A DNA stretch of 64,000 nt from Antedon mediterranea. Taxonomy: Eukaryota; Animalia; Echinodermata. Positions 25,025 to 37,474 of this stretch are shown piece by piece (the first letter of the stretch is position 1; each line of letters begins with the position of its first letter). The notes under the pieces are model-generated. The model was not told where the DNA came from and did not search any database. It saw only the letters and a list, made by a program, of their open reading frames with translations. The stretch spans positions 14,782,371 to 14,846,370 of the forward strand of contig NC_092678.1 of NCBI RefSeq assembly GCF_964355755.1. Reading direction: 5' to 3'. Position numbers and translations under genes: made by a program.

Positions 25025-26818
25025 GTAATATAATTAATATATTCTTTCACTAACAAGTGCCGGTAATTTTCAATAATTGGGATAAACATTATGCTAAAAT
25101 GTGTATTCTAGTACAATTTCATCAAGTCTTATTTTCACCAGTGAAGCTCGTTTGATAAGTGGCTGACATTAGTATTATTTAGTCAAGTTATAGTCCATGG
25201 GCTGGAGGGGGTTTACCGTGTACCCCCCCCCCCCACAGTTAAACTTATTTGGTATCATTTTCTGCCCACGGACATATAGAGTGAAAAAATCGATGTTAAC
25301 AAGAAAAATAATATGTATAGGGATACATTGTATGTACTTGCGTCATTTGTAATGATCATCAGTGTTTTATCTTCAAATGTTTTTTGGGGTAGGGGTAACA
25401 TTTATCCTAATAACCCAAAAATCCAACATCTAATTAGTATTATCTTAGTAACATTGTGTAGCATACATCTTTTAAAATCTTTTAAAATTTAAATAAAATT
25501 ATTCGGAAGATTATTAAGGTCAGTTGAGGTCAAAAGGTCATTGACCTTTTGCAAAATGCAACTTTTTCCCAAAATATAGATAAATTTCAATATCGTATCT
25601 ACAATTTTCAATATGTTTTATCTTAATTGTGTTTTACTTGTGCTTACTGACATACTGAATGAGAAAATATATGTTAACAAGATAAAAATTGCAGTTCATT
25701 ATATACAAATTGTTATTTTTTATTGTTAAAAATTGCAATAAAAATACATTTTTTTGGGTAGGGGGTAACAGTAATAGCAATAACCCAAGAATCAAACATC
25801 TAATTAGTTAAAAATGTCTTTTTATTGCAATTTTTAACAATGACAGAAATGACAATTTTTATACAATGTACTGACATTTTTTATCTTAACAATAAAAAGA
25901 CATTTTTGGGGTAGCGGGTAACATTTATTAGAATAACCCAAATATCAAACATCTAATTTGTATGTTCTTGGTATCGTTGTGTAGAATTTCAAATAAAAAT
26001 GATACAGAAATTAAATAAAATTAAACAAAATGCTACACAACGATACCAAGATCATACAAATTAGATGTTTGATTCTTGGGTTATTCTTCTTCTTATAAAT
26101 GTTACCTGCTACCCCAAAAATGTCTTTTTATTGTTAAGATAAAAAATGTCAGTACATTGTATAAAAATTGTCATTTCTGTCATTGTTAAAAAAAGCAATA
26201 AAAAGACATTTTTAACTAATGTTTTATCTTCAAATGTTTTTTGGGGTAGGGGGTAACATCTATCCTAATAACCCAAAAATCCAACATCTAATTAGTATTA
26301 TCTTAGTAACATTGTGTATTTTTATTGCAATTTTTAACAATAAAAAATAACAATTTGTATATAATGAACTGCAATTTTTATTTGCCATCTACAGGACATC
26401 AATGTAACTATAATAGTAATAATAATAAGTTTTAAATACAGTACACTTTTGACACACTTTAATTATAGTCTGTAATTCAATCTGTAATATTTATTTCAAT
26501 CTATTTATTACCCGCTTTGGTATGTAACGACCAATTTTTTTCCATGACATTTGCCAACAAACAACTTACCGTACAATCTGGAAGATGTTTGTAATGATCG
26601 AATGTATCATAATATTAGCCAACACATTATTGTCTAAGGGTTGTTTTTATTTTTACGTTTTAGTTTTACTATTGGCTCTACATGTTTTGAAGTATCCCTT
26701 CATACAAAAATAGGCATATATTACAGATTTCGTTGATTTTTATATAATTTTTTGATGATTTTTACGCTACATACTATTGCATCCTGATGTAACACAACGA
26801 AAACTATTTTTGTTACAG

Positions 26819-26848
26819 GTGTTGTTGGGGCATCAAGTTCTAATCTAG
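26819..26848 (+). CDS. 30-nt microexon (GVVGASSSNL)
   Basis: tgttacag|GTGTTGTTGGGGCATCAAGTTCTAATCTAG|gtatgt; two more related copies downstream. Confidence 0.7.
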   Translation: MLLGHQVLI

Positions 26849-27140
26849 GTATGTTATATTTTATTTAAATTTTCTTCATTATCAAATAGGAAATGTAGTG
26901 TCTCTAAATCATTTAAGGACTATTTAAAAACAAAATGACACGGAAAAAATCGCTACGCAACTCCTTCGTCTTTTTCTAAATTCTGTGCAATATTAATATT
27001 TTCCCAAATTTTAAATATAAACAATTATTAATTAACAATTTAAAATTCAACTATAATTGATATCTTTAAATGTTCAATTTCTCAACTTTTATATTGTTTT
27101 TTCCGCCTTCTAAATTGTATTTTTTATTCTTTTTTGTCAG

Positions 27141-28258
27141 TTTATACAAATACTAGTCTAGAAGTGACAAAAGATGACACGCAGATGGTATCAATTTATC
27201 TGACTCCAAAAGATTTTCTTCCTGAGGCTGTGTACCACACTTTAGTTGTTGCAATTCTTGAAATGATGACGGGAACAGATAGTGATGATCCGCAAGTGTT
27301 CCAGAATCGTCGTGATTTTGAATTTAAAGATCACAAAATCAGTTTAGGTGCCGTAGACATTAAGAGTGAAAATGAAAAACCACAAGCAATTAAGGTAGAA
27401 CAATACCATTTTTGTAGTGTATACATAAATAGATCAATTAGAATTGATGGTCTTTCTAATTTTTGCTTATGGTATATGATTGCATAACGCATCTTACACA
27501 TCTATAATTACCAACTTAACATATATATTATAGTAATGTTTACAATAACACAAATCAACCAACCAAATTATCAAATGATGTTTACATATTTGTAATAAAG
27601 GCTTCATCAACACATATATACATTTCACGCTGCTGCTTTAGTCAGCTACGTCCCAAGAGGACTACTCATTCAGAAGCTATAAGCAAGCAGCAGATTTAGT
27701 TTTAGAGGCCAACGTGTTTGATAAATTTGTAAACTAGGACTGGTCATGCTAAAATTACAAAGAACGGCTAGGAGAAGAGAATCTATGAAAAATGTGCTGA
27801 TAATACAGTAATATATGCATGTAGGCAGTAATCTGTAAAATCTTGTTTAATCTTATTTAATAGCTTCAAATATATCGTAGGACAGAACAGAGTTATAACA
27901 CAGAAGTTGGTGGGGCCAAACCAAAGAAACGACAACTGCAACCGAGTGTTTGCATGGAGGTAACCATTATTATGCATGCTATTAACACTTCTAAACAAAA
28001 TGTAATGTAGTTGTATATTATATGTAATATTTTACACCACTTCCATGTATTCAGGTACTAAGTTACTTGAGGAACCAACTACAAACCGTATGCAACATAT
28101 ACGAAGGTAGTGGTTACAATCTACGTGTGGTATGCGATGCTTGTAATCCAGAGGAACATCACTTAGTTGACCTTGAAAAGTGTTTGAAGAATGATGTAAT
28201 TACATGTGGAGACGACACGACTAGAATACAGCTCATATCAAGAGATATTTTTCTAAAG
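27141..28258 (+). pseudogene. Duplicated COR C-terminal block (exons 27141-27394, 27864-27959, 28055-28258)
   Basis: Clear paralogy to 18045-19321: VTKDD..VSIYLTP.DFL..AVYHTLVVA; QL.P.VC.E; VVCDACNP..HHLVD.EKCLKND. The last exon has a 1-bp deletion near 28223. Confidence 0.8.
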
Positions 28259-29026
28259 GTAATTTTTTTTCCGTTTTTAGTTTACAAAACATAATGTTTT
28301 GCCGATCCACATTTCTTTGGTTTTCATTTTGCTTGAAAGTGTATATTTGTGATACAACCTGTAACCTTACAAAACAAGTCTACTACATTTAAAAAAAAGT
28401 GTCAATACTTTTTTTTTCTGTCCAGCCAAGTATTGTATCGTTACCTAACTGATTAATTTAATCTCCTGTTGCTTCTTACATTTATTTGTTCACTATCTGT
28501 GTATTCTGGTAGGCTACAGTTTCAACAAGTGTTGTTTTCACCAGCGAAGCTTTCTTTAGAACATTTCAGATCAGTATATATTACATCAACAATTTTAATA
28601 TTATTAGCAATAGCATTATCGGTCTCCTGCTTTACCATGTTTGCACAATCAAGAGATTATTCCTCTGTTGTTTCTTTGTTGTTGAGACAACTGATAATTG
28701 ACATTTATTAAAATAAAAATTAAAAGCATTAGGCCTACATAAGGTTTCAATGGAATTCTAAAACGTTTGATAAATCATCACTACCTGAAGCCTTATTATA
28801 TTTTATTTAAAAAAAATGTGTTCTTACGTTCACCAGTGTTTAGAATCCCTTCACATATTTTTTTGTTCTTCTGATAAGGCGCTGCCATTAGTATATTATT
28901 TAGTAGGTAATTTAAAATGCGTAAAATTGTGGGTTTATATCATTATAGGCCATTATAATGTATCACAAAGAATCTGGAATTTCTATTTTATATGGATATA
29001 GTTTTTGTATTGTTTATTTGTTATAG

Positions 29027-29056
29027 GTATTGTTGGGACATCCAGTTTAAATACAG
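29027..29056 (+). CDS. 30-nt microexon (GIVGTSSLNT)
   Basis: ttatag|GTATTGTTGGGACATCCAGTTTAAATACAG|gtatgt. Confidence 0.68.
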
Positions 29057-30443
29057 GTATGTCGTATTTATTATGGTATTGGTTTAGATTAAGTGTTTAT
29101 TAATTGAATTGTACAATTTTCTTCATTAAGAACTCCCTTTCATACATCAACAAAACATAACAGGGAACTGTAATGAAGCATTTGTTGATACGTATAAATA
29201 ATGTTACAACATTGCGGGCAAATATAGAACACGTTTAGATAATTACAATAATGTTGAAAATAACATCGCACTTTGATAAATTTTAGGTAATTGTGACGAA
29301 AGCGAAGGTGCACCACTGAGTAGCCAACGTCATCCAAGTGAAGGTAGATTAGCAGTAGATAAAGATAATAATGATATGGTTATTGCCATGATGATGATCA
29401 TGATGATGACGATGACAATGCAAGTTTTTTCCAACCGAACAGTGATTTTTAATTATTTATCAACTTCATGCAAACCAATTATGTGCATCGTCCATTAAAA
29501 GATGATGGGATGGGTGGGGGTGTGAACAATTATGTCATCTCCAGGACATAAATGTAACTATAATAATACTATTTATGACTAGCAGAAGTTTTAAATATTC
29601 TTTTGATAACATACCTTTATAATCTGTAATGCAATATGTTATTTATTTCAATCTCTTTATTTTTTTGTTCCAGTTTGCATTGCATACTTTTAGCAGTTTA
29701 CATTTTTAATAATTAAAGATTGTTTGTTTAAATTTATGAATAACATAAACTATTATTTTCTATAATGCAATAAATAAGATACGATAGTAATTACAACTGT
29801 CTTAGTAAAAGTTTATGAGAGATAATCTGAAACAAACATTTTGTGTTTAAAATTTTAAATAATATTTTATAATTAATAAGCTTTCATTAATAAAATAGAT
29901 TACACCTAAGCCAAAAAGAAATCTGAAATATTATCTATACACGCGTAAAGGCGTAGTCGAGTGAAAGAAAGTGTATGATGATGGTATTATATAATATAAC
30001 GACCAGTTTTATATTCATGAAATTTGCTAATAGACCTATAATCTAGATGTTTATAATGATCATATGTATCATAATATCATATCATTTTCTAAGTGTTTTT
30101 TTATTTTTACGTTTGAGTTAATTTTACGTTTTAAATGATATTTCTGTTTAAAAAAAGCATTCAATTAAAAGTTTTTTTTATTAATGTTTACGTTTTGCGC
30201 GCGTTTATTATACGAGTTGCGTTGCGGCCCTACACACTCTTACCTTATAAACATAAATATTGTTTTATTAATGGGGCTCTACATGTTTTGAAACTTATTT
30301 TGTAAGAAAATATTTTACGATTTGAGTTATTATGTTATGGGTGTTTTTCCATATTTTTACTTTTTGCATTTATTTTATGATTTATAAATATGTATTGTTT
30401 TTGTGATATTGATTTTTGAAAATATGAATTGTATTTGTTACAG

Positions 30444-30473
30444 GTGTTGTTGAAGCATCAAGTTCATATCCAG
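30444..30473 (+). CDS. 30-nt microexon (GVVEASSSYP)
   Basis: gttacag|GTGTTGTTGAAGCATCAAGTTCATATCCAG|gtatgt. Confidence 0.7.
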
Positions 30474-30956
30474 GTATGTCATATTTATTTGTGGTAATGT
30501 TTTAGATTAAGTGGATATTAATTATAATGCAAAACGAAACTCACTGTCGCCTATGGACAGAACAGAGAACTGTAATTAGTAGTGTTTTCTACGGATAACA
30601 ATGGATAAAATTCGGTGCAATTTTTAAATAAATGCATCATCGAGTCAACAATTTAATCTAAGTGAAGGTAACTTACTAGTAGACCTAGATAAAGACTACA
30701 ATGCAATAACTATGGTCATTATAAGAACATAAAGTGATAATGACAAATAGTTGTTGATAATCATGACATTGCTACTCTAAAAGTTAGAGTCATATAAAAG
30801 TATGCAAAATAATATAGTATTTATAATAACTATAAAGTGTACAGTATGCTTTACTAAATGGTGTTTCACTACTTAATAGTATAATCATAACAGTGATTAT
30901 ATTCATTACATAAATATTACATAATATTGTAAAATTGTTTTTATTTAAACATGTAG

Positions 30957-31450
30957 ATCTTTCGGACGATGAGTTTAAACAGTTAATTACAGACTTTGCA
31001 CAATGGTATGATGAACGTGGACTCCTTAACAGACTAAAAGTTCTGTTCAACGAAATGTTAAGCGACTTTGAAGCTGTGAAAACGGTTACCACTACACTAG
31101 ACCTGTTAACACTTTTGTCTGCCAAAGGACTATTGAGTCGAACAAATATTTCAGTTCTGTATGACGCAATACAAGTAATGGAACAATTTGGCTTTCAGTC
31201 AGTTATTCAAGAAAAGCTTCCTCCATTCAAAATTATGAAGCGTGTAGTAGCATTTTCAGGACACACCATTAGCATTTTCAATCTGGGGATAAGGCTTAGT
31301 GACTCAGATATGAAAACTCTTGATGGACGTTACGACTTCCCTGTTCTTAAGAATTATGAAGACAGGTGGATTTTGATTTTGGATTTGGAATCCCAAGGGC
31401 TGAGTGACGATACACTTGAATGTGTTAAGACATTCGTGTTGAAAAGATGA
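30957..31450 (+). CDS. Terminal exon: second tandem DED-like module
   Basis: atgtag|DLSDDEFKQLITDFAQWY..LNRLKVLF..TLDLLTLLSAKGLLSRTNISVLYD..FSGHTISIFNLGIRLSDSDMKTL..WILILDLESQG..KR*. F..L..LK.L..DLL..L...G.L...N...L is DED-like. Phase-1 acceptor. Confidence 0.7.
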
Positions 31451-31784
31451 AATGAAATTAAGCTGACTGTGTGTTGGTCTATATTTCAGCATTAGTGCAA
31501 TCAATATAACTATGCATTATTAAACAAATAAGATGAATTTACAGTACAGTACATATCTGTCCTATTGCACATTTTGTCTTTATAATTGTGCATGCTGCTT
31601 GTACATTATGTTTGTGTTGTAACGAGAGGGTGTTATGTACATATAGGTAATGCCTTAATACTTTTTTGATACACGATTATTTGCAGATAATACAAGTTCA
31701 TTTTGTTCTTTTAATCCACATGAAATTGTTGACCTAACAAATGTAAATGAGAAGTTGAAACATATAGTAGATTGGTGTGATATT

Positions 31785-32480
31785 AATAAGTTGACGATTA
31801 ATTCTAAAAAGACAAATTATATCATATTTCGTAGTCAGAATACAATAATTGAAGTAAAGGGGGATATACACATAAAGGGATAAAAAATAGATGAAGTTGA
31901 ATCTACAACTCACATTGGGGTAAATATAGATAATAAATTTACATGGAAAGTGCATTCTAATAAGGTTAATACAATGATTAGTTCTAAGGCTGGTTTATTG
32001 TACAAACTTAAATATATGTTGTACCCCAATCAATGTTGGTGCTTTTATCTAATTGGTTTAATTTGCCACATATATCATTTGCATTAGAAGCTTAGGGTAA
32101 CACTTATGAAACTTATTTAAAACAAGTATATATAACACAGAAACGTATATTATACACACATTGACTTATTCTGATAGATTAGCACCAATATCATTATTTA
32201 AAATGATAAATATTCATTAGTAGTATCAGTATTTAACTACTTTATTTGTTCATGATAGTTTACCTGGTAAATTTCTAGAGACAACTCCTAAATATTTTTG
32301 GTATATTAATTTTCGTTATTCGTCAATGTCTCAGATTAGAAAAAAGTTGTATGTACCAAAATATAGAACAAATACAGGACAACGATCCATTCCGGTACAA
32401 AGCTCTGGAATGAAATCCAAAATGATTTAAGGTTTCTAAAAAAAGAAAATTTAAAAAAGAAATGAAAACATACTATGTGT
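31785..32480 (+). mobile_element. Decayed CR1/L2-type LINE 3' fragment
   Basis: NKLTINSKKTNYIIFRS...LGVNIDNKFTWKVHSNKV..ISSKAGLLYKLKY, the post-RT region of CR1/L2 elements, with frameshifts. Confidence 0.7.
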
Positions 32481-33891
32481 TTGTTTAGTGATATTTATTG
32501 ATTTCATTAGAGAAAAATATTGTATATTTGAGAGAAAAAAAAATGTATATTACTTTTTGAAGACCTAATTTATTTATATAATTATTTATATTTCAATGTT
32601 TAACTTGATTAGTTTTAACTATATTTAGCCATTCCCTTGATATAGTTATTATTATTTGTATGTTACAATTGTATATTTTATATATGGGTAAATATAGAAA
32701 GAAAGAAAATACAGGTATATTATAATATCCAGTAGTATAGTATAATTGAGTAGCTTTTGAAATTTTTAATTTCGGTATGATATAATAAATTCATTTTGTA
32801 TTCCTGAACTTTAATACAGTTAATACATTATTGTCTTAAAAGTGGCGATGACACCTAAGCGTATACACAGGCACATACGATTGGTAACTCCACACTTTCA
32901 CCCGCGACATCCGTTAAACAGTTAACGATGTGTTATTATAAAGTTTGAACTTGGATGTATTACCATCATAATCACTATGTTTTTAGGGAGTTGGGGTTAT
33001 TGCATTTAACTAAACAGGTATCTAGCCTTTAGCCTTTTGTTTTTCATGTGGGCAACAGTCCGGGTGTAAAATGCTTTATGGTTTGTATAAATATATTTCT
33101 GTATATTTTGTCGAATGTGTGGAAAATACATAATAAACAAACTAAAATTATTATAGTTTACTGTCAGGCCTACCGAACAAGCTACTTAACAAATTAGTTA
33201 TAAATGCTGCTGTAAGACTGAAATTAAACAACTGTAAACGGTTAGAGTTTAAAACGTTAACTGGCTATCGGTAATTTTACAAAATCGGATGTTTTTTTTT
33301 TCTAAAATATAATCGTTGCTCTAGTAATCCTGTGTTCTTAACTTTTATTATATTTAACATTTTAACGTTTTCATTACTATTATAATATATGTGTTTTAAA
33401 TCTTGTTTTAAATTTGATTTGTATGTTTTTAACTGTACTTTGCATTGTTTACTAACTAATGTAGGCCTACAATTATATTGTATCTAAGAAATGATGTAAA
33501 TATGGAAGACAATACACTACTGGCTTTTTTTTTTATCATTTTACTGATACAGGTATGCAGGTGAACATTTTTCATTTTTTTTAGGCCTTAGTGGTTTGAT
33601 TTAATGTGCGATTAGCCTATTTGTGATTTAGCGGCAACTAAGAAACATTTGGCACTTTGATTGCAGAAAAATATAGTTTCTTTGAAAGAAAATAAGTACA
33701 AATTATAAACGGTATACAATATAACATATAGTTATCATTCAGATTTAAGAATATTTCCTACTTTTTTCCCAAAATTTTTAATCTGTTTACATTTGAAGAA
33801 CATGAAGAACATGTGATCTTCACCATCAGTGATGCCACAGTGTTTACAATGTTTGTTATTTTTTAATTTCCAGATATATAGCTTTTGCTTT

Positions 33892-34023
33892 TGTTACGGG
33901 CTCGCTCGTTAGGCTGAAACCAACAATAAGAACATAACAAAACACGTTGTAGCTGTCGTCCATCTTTATTCATCTTCTTTCTTTACTCTAGAGGGCTCAC
34001 TTCCGTGTGACAAACCAATCACA
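33892..34023 (-). repeat. 3' LTR (132 bp)
   Basis: TGTTACGGGCTCGCTCG...CCAATCACA; 4 mismatches to the other LTR by my count. Confidence 0.92.
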
Positions 34024-34287
34024 CACCCCCACTTAAAGAAAGTTTGATATGATTAAACTTATAACTGTTTACTATAACATCTTAAATCTTTTCTTATACA
34101 GTAGTTATTTTAACAGGTCGTTGATATGAATTTACTTCAACTGCTTCTTTAAAATTTCACAAGTTATAATTACTTTAAATCCGTGTATGCCATTAATGCA
34201 TCACTCTATCACAACTAACATATTGTAATTAAATTAAACACTTTTAAAGTCAACAAAACTTTTAAAATCATTTCATGCATGTTTTAT

Positions 34288-36686
34288 CTAAACTCTTGAC
34301 AAAGCGTCAGCTGCAACATTGTCTTTTCCTCTGATATGATGAATTTCCAGATTCATTTCTTGAACTGCTAAACTCCATCTCAACAAGCGTTGATTCTTGT
34401 CCTTCATCCTTGCCAAGAACGTTAATGGGTTGTGGTCAATCCAAACTACAATTAGAAACGGAGTAGATCCAAGATACACTTCAAAGTGCTTTAACGCTGA
34501 CATCAAAGCTAATGTCTCCTTCTCAACAGTAGAATAACGTTTCTCATGCTGGTTGAATTTTCTTGAGTAGAAACACACAGGCTTGTCAACACCATTCTCG
34601 TCTGTTTGCGCCAACACAGCACCAGAACCAACATCACTGGCATCAATCATTAACGAGAACTGTTTATGACATTGTGGAGCCATCAACACCGGTTCATTTG
34701 ATAACATCGCTTTAACTTTAATGAACGCATCACTGCATTCCTCCAACCACACGAAACTTGCATTCTTTTTCAGCAGATTCGTTAATGGAGCTACAAGCGT
34801 TGAGAAACTTCTGCAAAAACGTCGATAAAACCCAGCAATTTCCAGGAACCGCATTAACTCCTGCTTACTCTTTGGAACTGGGAAATCACAGACTGCCTTA
34901 ATCTTAGCACTTAATGGTTTCACTTTTCCGAAACCAACTTTATGACCTAAGAACACAATTTCTGCGCAGGAAAACTCACTTTTCACCAAATTTACTGTCA
35001 ACTTTGCAGCTGTCAACCTGTCAAACAATGCCTTAATTCTCTGCACATGAACATCCCATGTATCACTATAAACAACCAAATCGTCTATATAAGCTTCACA
35101 GCCCTCCAACCCTGAAATTATACCATTAACCAATCTCTGGAACGTGGCTGGTGCATTCTTTAAACCGAAAGGCATGACCTTATACTGATAAAGACCCATA
35201 TGAGTTACAAAAGCTGACACTTCTTTCGCACGCTCTGTTAAAGGAATTTGCCAGTAACTCTTTAGAAGATCAAATTTACTGACAAACTTAGCACTACCCA
35301 CACGATCAATACAGTCGTCTATCCTCGGTATGGGATATGAATCTGTAGTAGATTTAGCATTAACCTTCCGATAATCAGTACAAAAACGATAGGATTTATC
35401 TGGCTTCGGAACTAATATACATGGAGAACTCCAAGCACTGCAACTAGGCTCGATTATATTATTCTTAATCATTTAATCAATCTCATTTTGTAATATCTTC
35501 ATCTTGAACGGATTTGCTCTATATGGATTTTGTTTTATATGTGAACAATCAGCTGTCTTAACGTCATGCTCCACTAAGTTCGTTCGACCTGGAACATCCG
35601 AAAACAACTGCAGATTTCCAAATATCAAACTAACAATTTCAACCTTACGATCACGAGATAAATGACCAACTTTCTCTTCAATGTTTGCAAGAACATCTGA
35701 ATTACTGAACTTAACACATGTATCAGGATCACCAAACTCTTCAGAATTCTCTTCAACAACACACGTAACTGGTGTTGACGTACATGTATCACTTTTATTT
35801 CTCGCTGTGTATGGTTTCAACATTTTTATATGACACAGTCGCTTCTTCTTACGCCTATCTGGAGTATCTAACACATAGTCAACTTCTCCTACTCTTTTTA
35901 GTACTTTGTAAGGACCAGCAAATCTTGCAGATAATGGTTGACTGGGAAGAGGTAACATAACTAACACTTCATCACCTGAATTAAAGCTTCTCTTTTTTTA
36001 TTTCCTATCAAACAATCTCTACATTTTTTACCCTGAGCCTTCACAAGATTCTTTCTAGCCATCTCACGAGCACGATTTAATCGATCACGAAATTCAGACA
36101 CATAATCTAGTATCGATACAGACTCTTCTGAATTTCCTAACAGCCTTTCTTTGACTATTTTAAGAGGGCCTCGGAACGAATGACCATACACCAACTCAAA
36201 TGGGCTAAACCCTAAGGACTCTTGCACTGTTTCACGAACAGCGAATAACAATAAGGGAACTCCCTCGTCCCATTCCTTTTCACATTGAAAACAATAGGTT
36301 TTAATCATATTCTTAAGTGTTTGATGAAATCTCTCAAGTGCCCCCTGAGACTGTGGATGGTAAGCACTTGAACTTATATGGGCAACACCTAACTGCTCTA
36401 AGACTTGTTTAAATATCTTTGACATGAAGTTTGATCCTTGATCGGACTGAACAGCTTTAGGCAATCCTACCCATGTAAAGAATTTCACCAATGCTTTAAC
36501 AACATTCTTAGCTGTAATACGCCTAAGAGGAATCGCTTCTGGAAACCTACTTGATGCACACATAATTGTTAATAGATACTCATTTCCATTTTTAGTACGT
36601 GGTAATGGTCCCACACAATCAACAATAACTCTTGAAAATGGTTCACCAAATGCAGGAATAGGCTTAAGTGGGGCTACTGGAACCTT
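34288..36686 (-). pseudogene. pol: pol relic: integrase, GPY/F, RT, RNase H
   Basis: IN: DCVGPLP, SDQGSNF, GALERFHQTLK; RFAGPYKV. RT: WSSPCILVPK, RFCTDYRKVN, MPFGLKNAPATFQ, YIDD. RH: DASDVG, EKETLA, DHNPL, NVAADALSR. Frameshift near 36020 and stop at 35473-35475. Confidence 0.92.
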
Positions 36687-36689
36687 TTG

Positions 36690-36990
36690 AACCTTTCAGA
36701 CCATGCAGCGCAAGAAAACCATATCATCGATTGGGATGGGGCAAAAATTCTTGACAGAGACTCTAACCCATTCAAGCGTAGAATCAGAGAGGCAATCCAA
36801 ATCAGAAAGAGGGGGACTAACGCAATCAACCGCGACGAAGGGGCTGTATATCTCGATCACGTATACATATCACTGCTACGAAAAAGTATGACGTCACCTC
36901 GAAACAATAACAACAGATTTCCAGGAAGTAGTAATGGACCGGATCACTTGTGATCAAGCCATCAGCCAAGATGGCGAAAGCTAAAGAATG
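36690..36990 (+). mobile_element. Penelope-like element 3' fragment (GIY-YIG endonuclease C-terminus plus 3' UTR)
   Basis: LSDHAAQENHIIDWDGAKILDRDSNPFKRRIREAIQIRK...INRDEG, a typical Penelope-like endonuclease tail. Confidence 0.85.
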
Positions 36991-37474
36991 TGAGCAATTT
37001 TTTTTTTGGATTTGTCAAACAAAATGATTTATTTATTATCTACAATCCTACAAAATGCACTTATTCTCAAATTCATGTTTTTCTTTTTCCATTTCCATTT
37101 GAATCTCTATTTTTCTTCTTTCAAAAATTAATTGTTCACGTTCCAACTCAATTCACACTCACGTCATATTGCGAATTTTGGACAAAAAGTGTTTTGAGAG
37201 CGCTTTTGATTTAAACATTAGCGCGAGCCTATCTTTACCGCTGAGAATTGTATTGAGAAACCCGAAGACTTCACGCGAGCGAGACGAACTGACTAAGAAC
37301 ATTATTACTATAGATGTTCACTTCATACACGCTTATTTTTGAACAATAGTTAGTATAAATAACTGCTAGTTAATTAGAGACATTCGATGTTACTAAGAAT
37401 ACTAAAGAAATTACTTATAATACAAATTTAAAAGATTTATAACGATTCTAGTTTAGGTAACATTCGCCCATTAA

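Larger units (their letters stand above)
6937..31450 (+). pseudogene. Multi-exon ROCO-family gene (Roc-COR plus tandem DED-like modules), 5' part upstream of the window; this copy is disrupted
   Basis: Phase-compatible GT-AG exons at 6937-7124, 15375-15620, 17135-17329, 17740-17892, 18005-18304, 18915-19022, 19139-19321, 23308-23421, 24473-25024, 26819-26848, 27141-27394, 27864-27959, 28055-28258, 29027-29056, 30444-30473 and 30957-31450. Lesions: 22-bp deletion at ~19188, TAG at 24751-24753, 1-bp deletion at ~28223. Confidence 0.8.

Noticed and set aside
28560-28710. Possible minus-strand transposase fragment
   Set aside because: Too short and interrupted, with no diagnostic motif that I could confirm.
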